From: an uncultured Mycoplasmatota bacterium | GTDB lineage: Bacteria > Bacillota_I > Bacilli_A > RF39 > UBA660 | Reading direction: 5' to 3' | NCBI GenBank assembly: GCA_900543825.1 | Contig: UQSR01000003.1 | Location: forward strand, 67,315 to 131,314 | Length of the DNA stretch: 64,000 nucleotides | Shown here: one piece after another, positions 8,786-18,453 of the stretch | Layout of the letters: each line of letters begins with the position of its first letter | Position numbering within the stretch: the first letter of the stretch is position 1 | Program-made: the position numbers and the translations under genes | The notes under the pieces: generated by a model | The model's input: the letters and a program-made list of their open reading frames with translations, nothing else | The model's database searches: none | Told to the model about the DNA's origin: nothing

Positions 8786-10006
8786 TTAATTTAATTTCAA
8801 AACATTCCTGTGATATTTATACATCAAATTACTAATATCATTAATAACATCTTTTTCATTATTATTACCATGTTCAGTTAAAATAACCAAAACATAAGGC
8901 TCGTCGTCAAAGAATATTCCAACATCATGATAATATTTTCCATAATAACCGTATTTATGCATATTAATAACTCCGTCTATTTGCATATAATTGCCATAGT
9001 TATTAATAAATAAATTTCTCAATTCATCATTATTTTTAGATAAAGCAAATAATTTTTTCATATAAATCATTTGATCGATAACATTAGTAGATCCATAATT
9101 ATCATTTCCATAAAGAGTATACTTAGCACCAAGAGAAATACCATAATCTTTTAAATTATTTTTTCCAATATAATTAATCAAGTAATAATGTGCATCATTA
9201 TCACTTCTTTCAATAGCAGCCTCAATATAATCCTTTAAATCACTAGTAACAAGATTATTATCATACAAATAAATAGCATCTAATGTTTTAATCAAACTTG
9301 CACCATAATATATCTTATTTTCATCATAAAGATATGTTTTTCCAGTAATTAAATTATAATAACCAATACTAACATTATAACCATTTAATAAAATATAATC
9401 ACTTATTTTATCATAATTACTATTTTTAGAATAATCGTTTCCTTCTTTTATTTTCTCTTCTCTTGCTTTTACAATAATTTTTCTATCAACACTACTTACA
9501 TTCTTAGAAGAATCACTAACAGTATAAGTAAGAATATATTCACCAATTTTATTATTATCAAAAGTACCGGAAATAACAATATTATTAGTAATATCCCCAT
9601 CATAATTATCAAAAGCACTTGCACCTAATTCTTCGTACTCATCACCAATATATATATTAATTTCTTTATCACCATTTAGTATTATATCAGGTTCTTGATT
9701 ATCAACAACATTAATTTTTCTATCTAAATAGTAATTTTTTCCTAAAAAGTTCAAATTATAGCTAATTAAATATTCGCCTGTTTTAGTTGTGTCAACATTA
9801 CCAGTTATATTTACCAAAGATTGCAAATCTTTATTAAAAACCTTAGCTACAAAGCCCAAATCATTATACTTTGAATTAACTTTAACAATATAAGTAGAAT
9901 TTCCATTTAAATAAAATACTACATTATTATTAATAATAACATAAACAATAAAAATAACAATCACAAACAAACCAAATATAAAAGTATTCAAATACACCTT
10001 TTTCAT
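8786..10006 (-). CDS. Membrane-anchored serine hydrolase (class A beta-lactamase/DD-peptidase-like) with N-terminal Ig-like domains
   Basis: N-terminal TM. Two DNYDGDITNN-type Ig-like repeats. SxxK (GASLIK) and SDN (ERSDNDA) motifs. A KxG/HDVGI region resembles the class A fold. Confidence 0.45.
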   Translation of the reverse strand: MKKVYLNTFIFGLFVIVIFIVYVIINNNVVFYLNGNSTYIVKVNSKYNDLGFVAKVFNKDLQSLVNITGNVDTTKTGEYLISYNLNFLGKNYYLDRKINVVDNQEPDIILNGDKEINIYIGDEYEELGASAFDNYDGDITNNIVISGTFDNNKIGEYILTYTVSDSSKNVSSVDRKIIVKAREEKIKEGNDYSKNSNYDKISDYILLNGYNVSIGYYNLITGKTYLYDENKIYYGASLIKTLDAIYLYDNNLVTSDLKDYIEAAIERSDNDAHYYLINYIGKNNLKDYGISLGAKYTLYGNDNYGSTNVIDQMIYMKKLFALSKNNDELRNLFINNYGNYMQIDGVINMHKYGYYGKYYHDVGIFFDDEPYVLVILTEHGNNNEKDVINDISNLMYKYHRNVLKLN

Positions 10007-10057
10007 ATTCTACCTCATAGTTATTATATCATTAAATAGAATAAATTACCACATTAT

Positions 10058-10234
10058 CTATTTATTCTCATACATAATTAAAGCCGTAAAACAATATATC
10101 TGTTCTTCTCCATACATACAGCAAGAATTACTAAGTTTAATATCAATAACTTCAGGATTATTTTCTTCTAAAAACTTATTAATATCTTCTTCTAAATCCT
10201 TCTCATGTTCCTCATCAAAAATCTTAACTTTCAT
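10058..10234 (-). CDS. Cse60-like small sporulation-associated protein (58 aa: MKVKIFDEEHEKDLEEDINKFLEENNPEVIDIKLSNSCCMYGEEQIYCFTALIMYENK). It is not in the ORF track.
   Basis: Hand translation. The VK.FDEEHEKDLE…N.FL…DIK…GE.IYC pattern matches my memory of the Cse60/YteV family. Confidence 0.55.
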   Translation of the reverse strand: MKVKIFDEEHEKDLEEDINKFLEENNPEVIDIKLSNSCCMYGEEQIYCFTALIMYENK

Positions 10235-10289
10235 ATTATCACCAAAAAAAAGTATATAGCCAAATCTATATACTTTTTGTCGTATTTTA

Positions 10290-10757
10290 TTATCCTCTTT
10301 TTACTTCATAATAAATTTTATTTTCTTCACCATTATCATCAGTATATTCTAAATATAATTTAAAATTAATATTACCAGTATCAGCGGTAGTATTAATAGT
10401 ACCATTAAGCTTAATTTTATCAGCACTATCCTTTCTTAAAGTTACAGGATCATCAAATATACCAACAGAAGGAAAAGCATCTTCATTCATATAATCATGA
10501 ACAAGTAAAGCCTTCACATTATACATATTTATTTCAGGCTTATCAATAACAATACTATAATCAACCTTTTCATTATCATCCTTATTTCTAATAATATTAA
10601 AATAAGTATCAAAATCAAGACTATCCTCTTCATCATAAACATCTTGTGATTCCAAATCATTTTTATATTCTAAATAAGCATACTTCTCATTCTCTTCTTT
10701 AGTAGAACACCCCACTAAAAAAAGCAAACCAACAATTATAAACAAATACCTTTTCAT
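10290..10757 (-). CDS. Lipoprotein of unknown function
   Basis: Signal peptide with lipobox LVGC ([21 protein letters not shown]). Confidence 0.5.
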   Translation of the reverse strand: MKRYLFIIVGLLFLVGCSTKEENEKYAYLEYKNDLESQDVYDEEDSLDFDTYFNIIRNKDDNEKVDYSIVIDKPEINMYNVKALLVHDYMNEDAFPSVGIFDDPVTLRKDSADKIKLNGTINTTADTGNINFKLYLEYTDDNGEENKIYYEVKRG

Positions 10758-11974
10758 TTAATTTTTTCCTCAATTCTAAGTAATCTATTATATTTAGAAG
10801 TTCTCTCTCCCCTAGATAAAGAACCAGTCTTAATCTGTCCTAAATTAAGTCCAACTGCAAAATCCGCTATATAATTATCCTCTGTCTCACCACTACGATG
10901 AGATATAATAGTTTTATAATTATTCTTCTTTGCAAGCATAATAGTATCAAGCATTTCACTTACAGTACCAATTTGATTAGGTTTAATCAAAATAGCATTA
11001 GCGATTCCCATTTTTATACCATCTTCTAACAACTTTTTATTAGTAACAAATAAATCATCACCAACAAGCTGAATATCAGATAATTCCTTTGTCATAAGTT
11101 TCCATCCATCATAATCATCTTCAGCCATACCATCTTCTATTGATATAATGTGATACTTATCAATAAGTTTTCTATAATAACCAATAAGTTCTAAACTACT
11201 ATAATTTTTACCTTCCAATACATAATATCCATCATGATATATTTCTGAAGCAGCAACATCAAGACCAATAAATATATCCTTACCCAAAATATAACCACTT
11301 TTTTGAATAGCCATACTAATAAGTTCTAAAGCCTCTTCTGCATCAGATATAAGAGGAGCAAATCCACCTTCATCACCTACTCCACATAACAAACCCTTTT
11401 CCTTAAGAACACTCTTTAAAGTATTAAATACTTCACTACCCATTCTTAAATTTTCTCTATATTCACCTTTACTAGGAATAATCATAAATTCTTGAAAATC
11501 AAGATTATTATTAGCATGAACTCCACCATTTAAAATATTCATCATACATCTAGGCATACTATATTCATTTCCTAAGTATTCATAAAGTTCTTTATTATTC
11601 TCCAAAGCATTTACTTTAAGCACCGCAAGTGATACTCCAAGTATAGCATTAGCACCCAAATTACTCTTATTAGAAGTACCATCCTTTTTTATCATAACTT
11701 CATCAATTTCTCTTAAATTATTAGCATCCATACCAACTATTAAAGGATTAATAATATTATTAACATTACTAACTGCCTTAAGTACACCTTTACCATGATA
11801 TCTATTATTATCATTATCTCTAAGTTCTAAAGCCTCTCTTTTTCCCGTAGAAGCACCACTAGGAACAGAAGCAATACCTTTTATTCCAGATTCCAATAAA
11901 ACCTCAACTTCAACAGTAGGATTTCCTCTAGAATCTAATATTTCTCTAGCATAAACATTACATATCTTACTCAC
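10754..11974 (-). CDS. eno: Enolase (phosphopyruvate hydratase), GTG start
   Basis: [24 protein letters not shown]…[15 protein letters not shown] and the C-terminal …[19 protein letters not shown] 8 nt before the GTG. An in-frame ATG-TAA lies immediately upstream. Confidence 0.9.
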   Translation of the reverse strand: MSKICNVYAREILDSRGNPTVEVEVLLESGIKGIASVPSGASTGKREALELRDNDNNRYHGKGVLKAVSNVNNIINPLIVGMDANNLREIDEVMIKKDGTSNKSNLGANAILGVSLAVLKVNALENNKELYEYLGNEYSMPRCMMNILNGGVHANNNLDFQEFMIIPSKGEYRENLRMGSEVFNTLKSVLKEKGLLCGVGDEGGFAPLISDAEEALELISMAIQKSGYILGKDIFIGLDVAASEIYHDGYYVLEGKNYSSLELIGYYRKLIDKYHIISIEDGMAEDDYDGWKLMTKELSDIQLVGDDLFVTNKKLLEDGIKMGIANAILIKPNQIGTVSEMLDTIMLAKKNNYKTIISHRSGETEDNYIADFAVGLNLGQIKTGSLSRGERTSKYNRLLRIEEKIK

Positions 11975-12026
11975 TTACATACCCTCCTAGTTAATTATAA
12001 AACATAAGTAAAGAAAAATCAAGTCA

Positions 12027-12052
12027 AGAAAAAAAGAACATTTACATGTTCT
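12027..12052 (-). terminator. Rho-independent terminator after the KH-domain gene
   Basis: AGAACAU-GUAA-AUGUUCU hairpin overlapping the stop codon, followed by U7 on the minus strand. Confidence 0.5.
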
Positions 12053-12305
12053 AATAAGAGTCAACATTAATTTTAACTAGTTTATTATCTTGATTAAAAG
12101 ATGCTGCTTGAACTATAGTTCTAATCGAATTAATAGTCTTACCACCATGACCAATTACTTTAGCCATATCATCACCATTAACCATAACTTCAATTAATAC
12201 AGTATTATCTTCATCTGACTCAAATTCCTTTACCGATACTGATTCTGAATCATTAACAAGACCTTTAATAATAAGCTCTGTAAGTTCTACTAAACTATTA
12301 TTCAT
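12051..12305 (-). CDS. KH-domain RNA-binding protein (YlqC/UPF0109 family)
   Basis: VIGHGGKTINSIRTIV KH motif. The usual position directly after rpsP. Confidence 0.75.
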   Translation of the reverse strand: MNNSLVELTELIIKGLVNDSESVSVKEFESDEDNTVLIEVMVNGDDMAKVIGHGGKTINSIRTIVQAASFNQDNKLVKINVDSY

Positions 12306-12577
12306 TACTTACCTTGTTTTAAATTATGAAACTTTTCCATAATTCCTGATTTACTAAATAAATTTTTAACAGTATCAGTTGGAATAGCACCATTATTAAG
12401 CCATTTAATAGCAGCCTCTTCATCAATTTTAATTTCAGCAGGTGTAACTAAAGGATTATAAGTACCAATATTTTCAATAAATCTACCATCTCTAGGACTT
12501 CTTGAATCCGCTACAACAACACGATAAAAAGGTGCCTTCTTAGCTCCCATTCTCTTAAGTCTAATCTTAACTGCCAT
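12305..12577 (-). CDS. rpsP: 30S ribosomal protein S16
   Basis: [35 protein letters not shown]. Confidence 0.95.
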   Translation of the reverse strand: MAVKIRLKRMGAKKAPFYRVVVADSRSPRDGRFIENIGTYNPLVTPAEIKIDEEAAIKWLNNGAIPTDTVKNLFSKSGIMEKFHNLKQGK

Positions 12578-12601
12578 ATATATCCCTCGCTTTCCTAAAA
12601 T

Positions 12602-12630
12602 ATTCTATCACAAAAAAAATATACTGTCAA
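12602..12630 (-). promoter_or_regulatory. Sigma-A-type promoter for rpsP (TTGACA-17-TGaTAGAAT)
   Basis: Perfect -35, 17-nt spacer and extended -10, read on the minus strand just upstream of rpsP. A hairpin plus U8 immediately upstream also terminates the preceding gene. Confidence 0.45.
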
Positions 12631-12659
12631 CCATTTTATGTTACAGTATATTTATATTA

Positions 12660-13787
12660 TTATAAATTATTCACTATTTTCTTAACACGCATACATTTAT
12701 TATAATCTTTCTTTCTCGAAGTACCATCTATTACTAATTTAATATTACTATCAAAATCCTCTATATTAGTATGATTAAATCTTATAACCCTACCAGTTTG
12801 AAAAGAATCAAAATTAGATAACTCCAAATACTTTTTACACAAATAAGAAAACTCTTCCTTAGAATAATTATATCCCCTTTCCAAATAAATGACTTTAGTA
12901 TAATTAATACCACTATAAGACTCAATAACAAGTACAGGAATATCATCATAATTTCTATATAAATAACAATAATAATCAACCTTACGATTACTACCACTAG
13001 AAGCCAAACAATAATAATCATAATCAAAAGAATTAAGTATATTAACCCTATCATTAGCAGGAATAATTTTATTTATTCTATCCCTACTATTATTACCACT
13101 ATTAACACCACTTCTTCTAACAACAGTATCACAATCAGGCATAGTAAAATTTACAGTAACTAATTTTTCCTTATCATATTCTAGCAAATCATCCCTATAT
13201 GCAGTATTAAGATAATCAATATAAGCAATAATACTATCACTAGCTTTATCCATTTCCTTAGTATAATCTACAGTAGAAGCAATACGTTCCCACATTAAAT
13301 AAGAATATTCATGATTAATAATACTAGTAACATCATATAATTCTTTAATCTTATCAGATACAGGTCTATTCAAATATTTTTCATTTAATTTTCCCATTAT
13401 TTCATCCTGTACTTTTTTATTATATTTAATAACACATGCCTCTTTATATAATTGATAATCAGATATTTTAGCTCTATAATTAACATCAGATGCATTTTTA
13501 TATCCATCAGTAGAATATACAAATAATCTAGTTCTACAATCACTACCAATAGCTTCTAAATATAAATTATTATCATCATCATAAGTAAGAACATATTTAC
13601 TTGGCCACATCAAATCAAAAACAAATGAACCCAAACTTCTAATTTTACAAAGAATAGCATAATTAAAATATAAAGGCAAATAATCACTATTAATTTCAAC
13701 ATTTCTAAAAGGAATTCCATTATCCCTAATATAATTATCAATCTTATCTAAAAAATAAAACATAAAATCATCCCCCAAAATCGACAA
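12660..13787 (-). CDS. Hypothetical cytoplasmic protein (375 aa), immediately downstream of a TasA-like gene
   Basis: Long ORF with no signal peptide or TM helix. No family recognised. Confidence 0.4.
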   Translation of the reverse strand: MSILGDDFMFYFLDKIDNYIRDNGIPFRNVEINSDYLPLYFNYAILCKIRSLGSFVFDLMWPSKYVLTYDDDNNLYLEAIGSDCRTRLFVYSTDGYKNASDVNYRAKISDYQLYKEACVIKYNKKVQDEIMGKLNEKYLNRPVSDKIKELYDVTSIINHEYSYLMWERIASTVDYTKEMDKASDSIIAYIDYLNTAYRDDLLEYDKEKLVTVNFTMPDCDTVVRRSGVNSGNNSRDRINKIIPANDRVNILNSFDYDYYCLASSGSNRKVDYYCYLYRNYDDIPVLVIESYSGINYTKVIYLERGYNYSKEEFSYLCKKYLELSNFDSFQTGRVIRFNHTNIEDFDSNIKLVIDGTSRKKDYNKCMRVKKIVNNL

Positions 13788-13841
13788 TTATATTACCATA
13801 TATTAAGAAAAAAGTCAAAAAAACTACAAAAAATGTAGTTT

Positions 13842-14489
13842 TTAATCACCATTATCCTTAATACCACTAACAGTACCAGTAAGCATACTACCATCAACAG
13901 AAGAATAAGTAACAACAGCACTATAAGTACCTGCATCTTCTTTTTCTTGTGCCTCTTCTAAATTACTAAGCCATATAACAAGCTTAAAATTTTTAGTAGT
14001 AGGATTAACTTCAGTAGCATCTCCCAATATAAAATGTTCACCTAACGATAAACCAGAAGAAGTACCATTAGGTATAGAGGTTTTACTCAAATAAATTTCA
14101 TCATTATCATCAAGTACCATATAACTAAGATGTTCAATATTATTAACAGTAAAATCAATTTTACCAATAACATCTTGTGCTTTAGAAAAATTAGACAAAG
14201 AAAACGAAAACACATTACAAGCACCATAACCATTATCATCAATACAATTATGCTTATAAGCAGTCATAATATCTTCATCTCTCGTTGGAATAAGTTTGAT
14301 ACCAGCGGTCATATCAGATACACCAAGTCCAAGTTGAACACGACCAGCAGATACAGATACAGCATTAAGCTTACTTTTATTACTAACTGTAAAATAAGAA
14401 AAAGTAGCACCAACAAGTAAAATACCAACACTAAGAATTGTCGTAAAAAGCAAAAATTTATTAACCTTACCACTATCCATATCTATCAT
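13842..14489 (-). CDS. Secreted protein with a TasA/camelysin-type (SipW-cognate) signal peptide, paralog A
   Basis: Hydrophobic segment then GATFSYFTVSNKSKLNAVSVSAG, which resembles TasA GGGTWAAFND…TFASG and CalY GGGTFAFFSD…TFAAG. A TTGCAA-17-TATTAT promoter and an AAGGGATGA RBS lie upstream. Confidence 0.5.
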   Translation of the reverse strand: MIDMDSGKVNKFLLFTTILSVGILLVGATFSYFTVSNKSKLNAVSVSAGRVQLGLGVSDMTAGIKLIPTRDEDIMTAYKHNCIDDNGYGACNVFSFSLSNFSKAQDVIGKIDFTVNNIEHLSYMVLDDNDEIYLSKTSIPNGTSSGLSLGEHFILGDATEVNPTTKNFKLVIWLSNLEEAQEKEDAGTYSAVVTYSSVDGSMLTGTVSGIKDNGD

Positions 14490-14551
14490 CCCTTACTATA
14501 AATATAATACCAAATAATTAATATTTTTGCAATATAAAAAGTAAAAGATTA

Positions 14552-15847
14552 TTACTCTCTTACTTTCAAAATATTACATATATCATCAATATTATCCATA
14601 TTAATTTCAGTACTAAGACTATTAGCCATATCTTTAATTTCAATTATTCCACTAGTAATTTCATTTTCCCCAATAATAATAACATAAGGAATATTATTCT
14701 TATCAGCCTTCTCTAGTATTTTACCAAGCTTTTTACTTTTCATTTCAATAAGTACCTTAATACCATTACTTCTAAGTTTACTAGCAAATTTTAAACACTC
14801 AATATTAGTATTCATTGGGATAACAAGAACATCATATAAAGACTCATCATAATCATTCTCAAGAATTTCACATATAGGAACAATTCCAAATGATATACCT
14901 ACAGCAGGATAGTTATTACCATCATCAATAAAATTAGTAATAATCTTATCATATCTACCACCGCCACCTAAAGCACAAGTAAGTCTTTGCCTCTTATCAA
15001 ATACTTCCCATATCGTACCAGTATAAATTTCAAGTCCTCTAGCCAAATATGGTGTAAACTTACACTCAGTAAGACCAAGTTTATCAATATAATCAAATAA
15101 TTCACTAATTTCATTTCTACCTTGTACAAACATATCATTATCAATAGAAAGTTTAGCAATATCATTTATAGATAATTTAAAATAACCAAATAACTTATCA
15201 AGCTTATCAGAAGAAATATCAAATTCTTTAAGTTCCTCTCTAACACCATTTTCACCTATTTTAGCTAATTTATCTACTGACAAAATAACTTTATTAATAA
15301 TATCATCATCAATTCCAGCAGCACTAATAAGTCCTTGCAATAATTTTCTATTATTAATTTCAATATAAATATCAATACCAAGTTTTTTGTAACAAGAAAC
15401 AGTCATTTCAAGCATTTCAGCCTCAATATAAGAACCTTCAATACCACATACATCAACATCACACTGATAAAATTCTCTAGCTCTACCACTTTTAACAGGG
15501 CCATCTCTAAATACCTTACCAATTTCATATCTCTTAAAAGGTAAACTGATATTTTTATTAACATTCATACTAATAACCTTAGCAAAAGGTACAGTAAGAT
15601 CATATCTAAGACCAAGTTCTCTATCACCTTGATCATTCAAAGTATATACTTCCTTTAAAATTTCACTACCACCAGCATACTTACTAGCAAGTAAATCATA
15701 ATAACACAAAATACTACTATCAAGCGGTAAATAACCATATTTCTCAAAAGTATCCGTAAGTATATTAACTACACGTCTTTTAATAATTTCCTTATTAGGT
15801 AAACTATCCGAAGTACCCTTAACATTCATAAGTTTCATATCTTTCAC
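14552..15847 (-). CDS. hisS: Histidyl-tRNA synthetase
   Basis: Class II motifs (KGTSDSLP…, LRYDLTVPFAKV, GGGGRYD) and a C-terminal anticodon-binding domain. Confidence 0.85.
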   Translation of the reverse strand: MKDMKLMNVKGTSDSLPNKEIIKRRVVNILTDTFEKYGYLPLDSSILCYYDLLASKYAGGSEILKEVYTLNDQGDRELGLRYDLTVPFAKVISMNVNKNISLPFKRYEIGKVFRDGPVKSGRAREFYQCDVDVCGIEGSYIEAEMLEMTVSCYKKLGIDIYIEINNRKLLQGLISAAGIDDDIINKVILSVDKLAKIGENGVREELKEFDISSDKLDKLFGYFKLSINDIAKLSIDNDMFVQGRNEISELFDYIDKLGLTECKFTPYLARGLEIYTGTIWEVFDKRQRLTCALGGGGRYDKIITNFIDDGNNYPAVGISFGIVPICEILENDYDESLYDVLVIPMNTNIECLKFASKLRSNGIKVLIEMKSKKLGKILEKADKNNIPYVIIIGENEITSGIIEIKDMANSLSTEINMDNIDDICNILKVRE

Positions 15848-15849
15848 CT

Positions 15850-16362
15850 CTACTCTTTAACTTTATATCTCATTTTAAAATTAACTTTAGTTAAATCCAT
15901 CAAATCAGTAATTGTAACATAATCACATTCCTTACCAGAATCAGAAAATTTAACCGAAATTCCACCCTTATGAGACCAATAATCCAAATTAGGTATAAAA
16001 TCATCAACCAAAATAATACCCTTAGGATCAATAAAATCAGCCTTAGCAATAGCTTTAGGAACAACGTTAACCTTAACACCAGGCAACATCTTATCAAAAT
16101 ACTTAATCTTAGAAACACCCTCATTATCAGAATTAATATGTGTAAGTATTTCTATATCATAATAATTACATAACTCTTTAATTTTATCTATAGAATTATC
16201 TATTTGACCACATTCATCTATATATTTATCCCAATCTAATTTAGAAAAATACATACTTGTAGCTTCAGCAGTAGTAATACCAAGCTCTCTTAATTTTTCA
16301 TAGATTCTTTTAGAAACAGTATCCAGAATAACTCCATCACAATCTAAATATAATTTTTGCAT
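15850..16362 (-). CDS. HAD-superfamily 5'(3')-deoxyribonucleotidase-like hydrolase
   Basis: DxDGV motif (LDCDGVILD). Its size and motifs resemble the NT5C/YorS family. Confidence 0.55.
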   Translation of the reverse strand: MQKLYLDCDGVILDTVSKRIYEKLRELGITTAEATSMYFSKLDWDKYIDECGQIDNSIDKIKELCNYYDIEILTHINSDNEGVSKIKYFDKMLPGVKVNVVPKAIAKADFIDPKGIILVDDFIPNLDYWSHKGGISVKFSDSGKECDYVTITDLMDLTKVNFKMRYKVKE

Positions 16363-16371
16363 AAAACACCC

Positions 16372-16914
16372 CTAATCTAAAATAGAATTAACCTCTTCAC
16401 TTCCACTATAAAATTCTATAATTTTTTTATTAGAAACTTTAACAATAGTAGGATTCTCAACTTTTAAATCACTAATATCATCTACTATTCCAGAAGGCTC
16501 ACCAACATAATTACTATTAAAGCCATCATTTAAATCAACCCTATATACTTTACTAGATAAACTATCTACATTATTACTAATACTATCATTCTTATCACTA
16601 CTATCATAATAGTAGACATAATACTCATCATCACCTTGATTCAAAGTATCAACCGCTAATATTTTATTAGAAACAGTATTATCATTATTAGTATCACTAC
16701 TAGTATCATCTTTCTTCTTATCAAACCAAGAAAAATCTTTAGTAATAAATAATCCAGTAATTAAATATAAAACACCAAAAACTAATACAAGTACACCTAA
16801 TATAGTTAATAAAGATTTAGGTTTAAGTTCATTAGCTTCTTTTTTCTTAATTTGTACTTCTTTAACATTTCTTCCTTCTCTTTTAGCTTGTTTTCTTTTA
16901 AGTTCTCTTCCCAT
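16372..16914 (-). CDS. Membrane-anchored hypothetical protein (basic N-terminus, one TM, acidic Ser/Asp-rich ectodomain)
   Basis: Topology only. Confidence 0.35.
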   Translation of the reverse strand: MGRELKRKQAKREGRNVKEVQIKKKEANELKPKSLLTILGVLVLVFGVLYLITGLFITKDFSWFDKKKDDTSSDTNNDNTVSNKILAVDTLNQGDDEYYVYYYDSSDKNDSISNNVDSLSSKVYRVDLNDGFNSNYVGEPSGIVDDISDLKVENPTIVKVSNKKIIEFYSGSEEVNSILD

Positions 16915-16961
16915 TCATAACACCTCTTAATAATTATAATATATAAATCAAACTTTGTAAA

Positions 16962-17702
16962 TTAATAAAACACATTCTTTAAATATAATCCCTCAGGATT
17001 AGCCGTTTTTCCAGCAGCCCTTCTATCTTCACTATGAAGGATACTAATAATTTCTTCACTTTTTCTTTTACCTTCACCAACTTCAATCAAAAGACCAACC
17101 ATATTTCTTACCATATATCTCAAAAAACCAGTTCCAACAAAAATCAAAGTAATTTTATTCAAATCCTTAGGATCCCTAATAAGATTAGTTTGAGATATCG
17201 TCCTAACATAATCATCCTTTTCATCATCACTCTTAGTAAAGGACTTAAAATTATGCGTTCCCTCAAAATATTTCATAGCTCTTTCCATTTCAACAACATC
17301 AAGTTTTTTATTATGTTGATATACATAATTTCTCTCTAATGGATTATACTCCCCAACATTAAGAATATACATATATTCCTTTCCTATAGCTGAAAATCTA
17401 GCATGAAAATCATCACTAACTTCCTCTACCTTCTTAACAAATATATCTTCCGGTAGTAGACTATTAAGCCCTTTAGCAAGTTTTTCAATCATTATTTTAG
17501 TATCCAAGTCAAAATGTATCTTCTGATTAATAGCATGAACTCCAGCATCAGTTCTTCCTGAAGCATGAATATCAATTTTCTTACCACCACTAATTTCTTT
17601 CAAAACTTTTTCAATTTCTCCCTGAACAGTTCTCTGTTTAGGCTGTTTTTGATAGCCGGCAAATAAAGTACCATCATAACTAACTGTAATTAAATATCTC
17701 AT
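16962..17702 (-). CDS. truA: tRNA pseudouridine(38-40) synthase
   Basis: MRYLITVSYDGT…RTVQGEIE…GRTDAGVHA. Canonical position after ecfT. Confidence 0.9.
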   Translation of the reverse strand: MRYLITVSYDGTLFAGYQKQPKQRTVQGEIEKVLKEISGGKKIDIHASGRTDAGVHAINQKIHFDLDTKIMIEKLAKGLNSLLPEDIFVKKVEEVSDDFHARFSAIGKEYMYILNVGEYNPLERNYVYQHNKKLDVVEMERAMKYFEGTHNFKSFTKSDDEKDDYVRTISQTNLIRDPKDLNKITLIFVGTGFLRYMVRNMVGLLIEVGEGKRKSEEIISILHSEDRRAAGKTANPEGLYLKNVFY

Positions 17703-17712
17703 ATAATACCTC

Positions 17713-18453
17713 CTAATAAACAATTACAATAATAAGTATAAGTATATTTAAAATAAATAAAAATGTATCAATACCCTTCCATTTAAAAGTCCTATAACTA
17801 CTCCTAGACTTACCATAATTATATAACCTAAGATCCATAATATTCGCACTATCTTCTGCTTTTTTTATAGACAAAGCAAACATCGGAACCAACATCTTAC
17901 TAATAATATTAAGTTTACCAATTAAATTTTCCTTATCAAAATCCATACCTCTTAATTTTTGTGCTCTAATAATTCTATTATACTCTTCAATCAAAGTAGG
18001 AATATATCTAAGTGTCAAAGTAATAACCATAGAAATATCATTAACAGGAATAATATTACTAAAAGGTTTAAGTAATTTACTAATACTATACACAATCTCC
18101 GTCATTTTAGTAGTATAAGTAAGAATACTAGCATAAATAACAATAAAAATAAGCTTAAATAAATCAAAAATAATTCTATCAATACCAGTAAAAAATATAA
18201 TATCAACAACAAGTATAAATATCAAAAATAACTTAATATTACAAATATTTTTATAATATACCTTTATACCAATATCACTATATATCATACTAAGTATTAA
18301 ATAAAAACCAAGCATAATAATATCATCATAACTATTAATAAAAAATATACTAATAATCATAATAATAACAGATAAAAGCTTAAATAATGGATTAAGTTTA
18401 TAAACAACCGAATCATTTGGAATATATTTACCAATACAAATATCACTTAACAT
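17713..18453 (-). CDS. ecfT: Energy-coupling-factor transporter transmembrane component
   Basis: Polytopic protein following the two ECF ATPases in the conserved ecfA1-ecfA2-ecfT-truA order. Confidence 0.8.
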   Translation of the reverse strand: MLSDICIGKYIPNDSVVYKLNPLFKLLSVIIMIISIFFINSYDDIIMLGFYLILSMIYSDIGIKVYYKNICNIKLFLIFILVVDIIFFTGIDRIIFDLFKLIFIVIYASILTYTTKMTEIVYSISKLLKPFSNIIPVNDISMVITLTLRYIPTLIEEYNRIIRAQKLRGMDFDKENLIGKLNIISKMLVPMFALSIKKAEDSANIMDLRLYNYGKSRSSYRTFKWKGIDTFLFILNILILIIVIVY

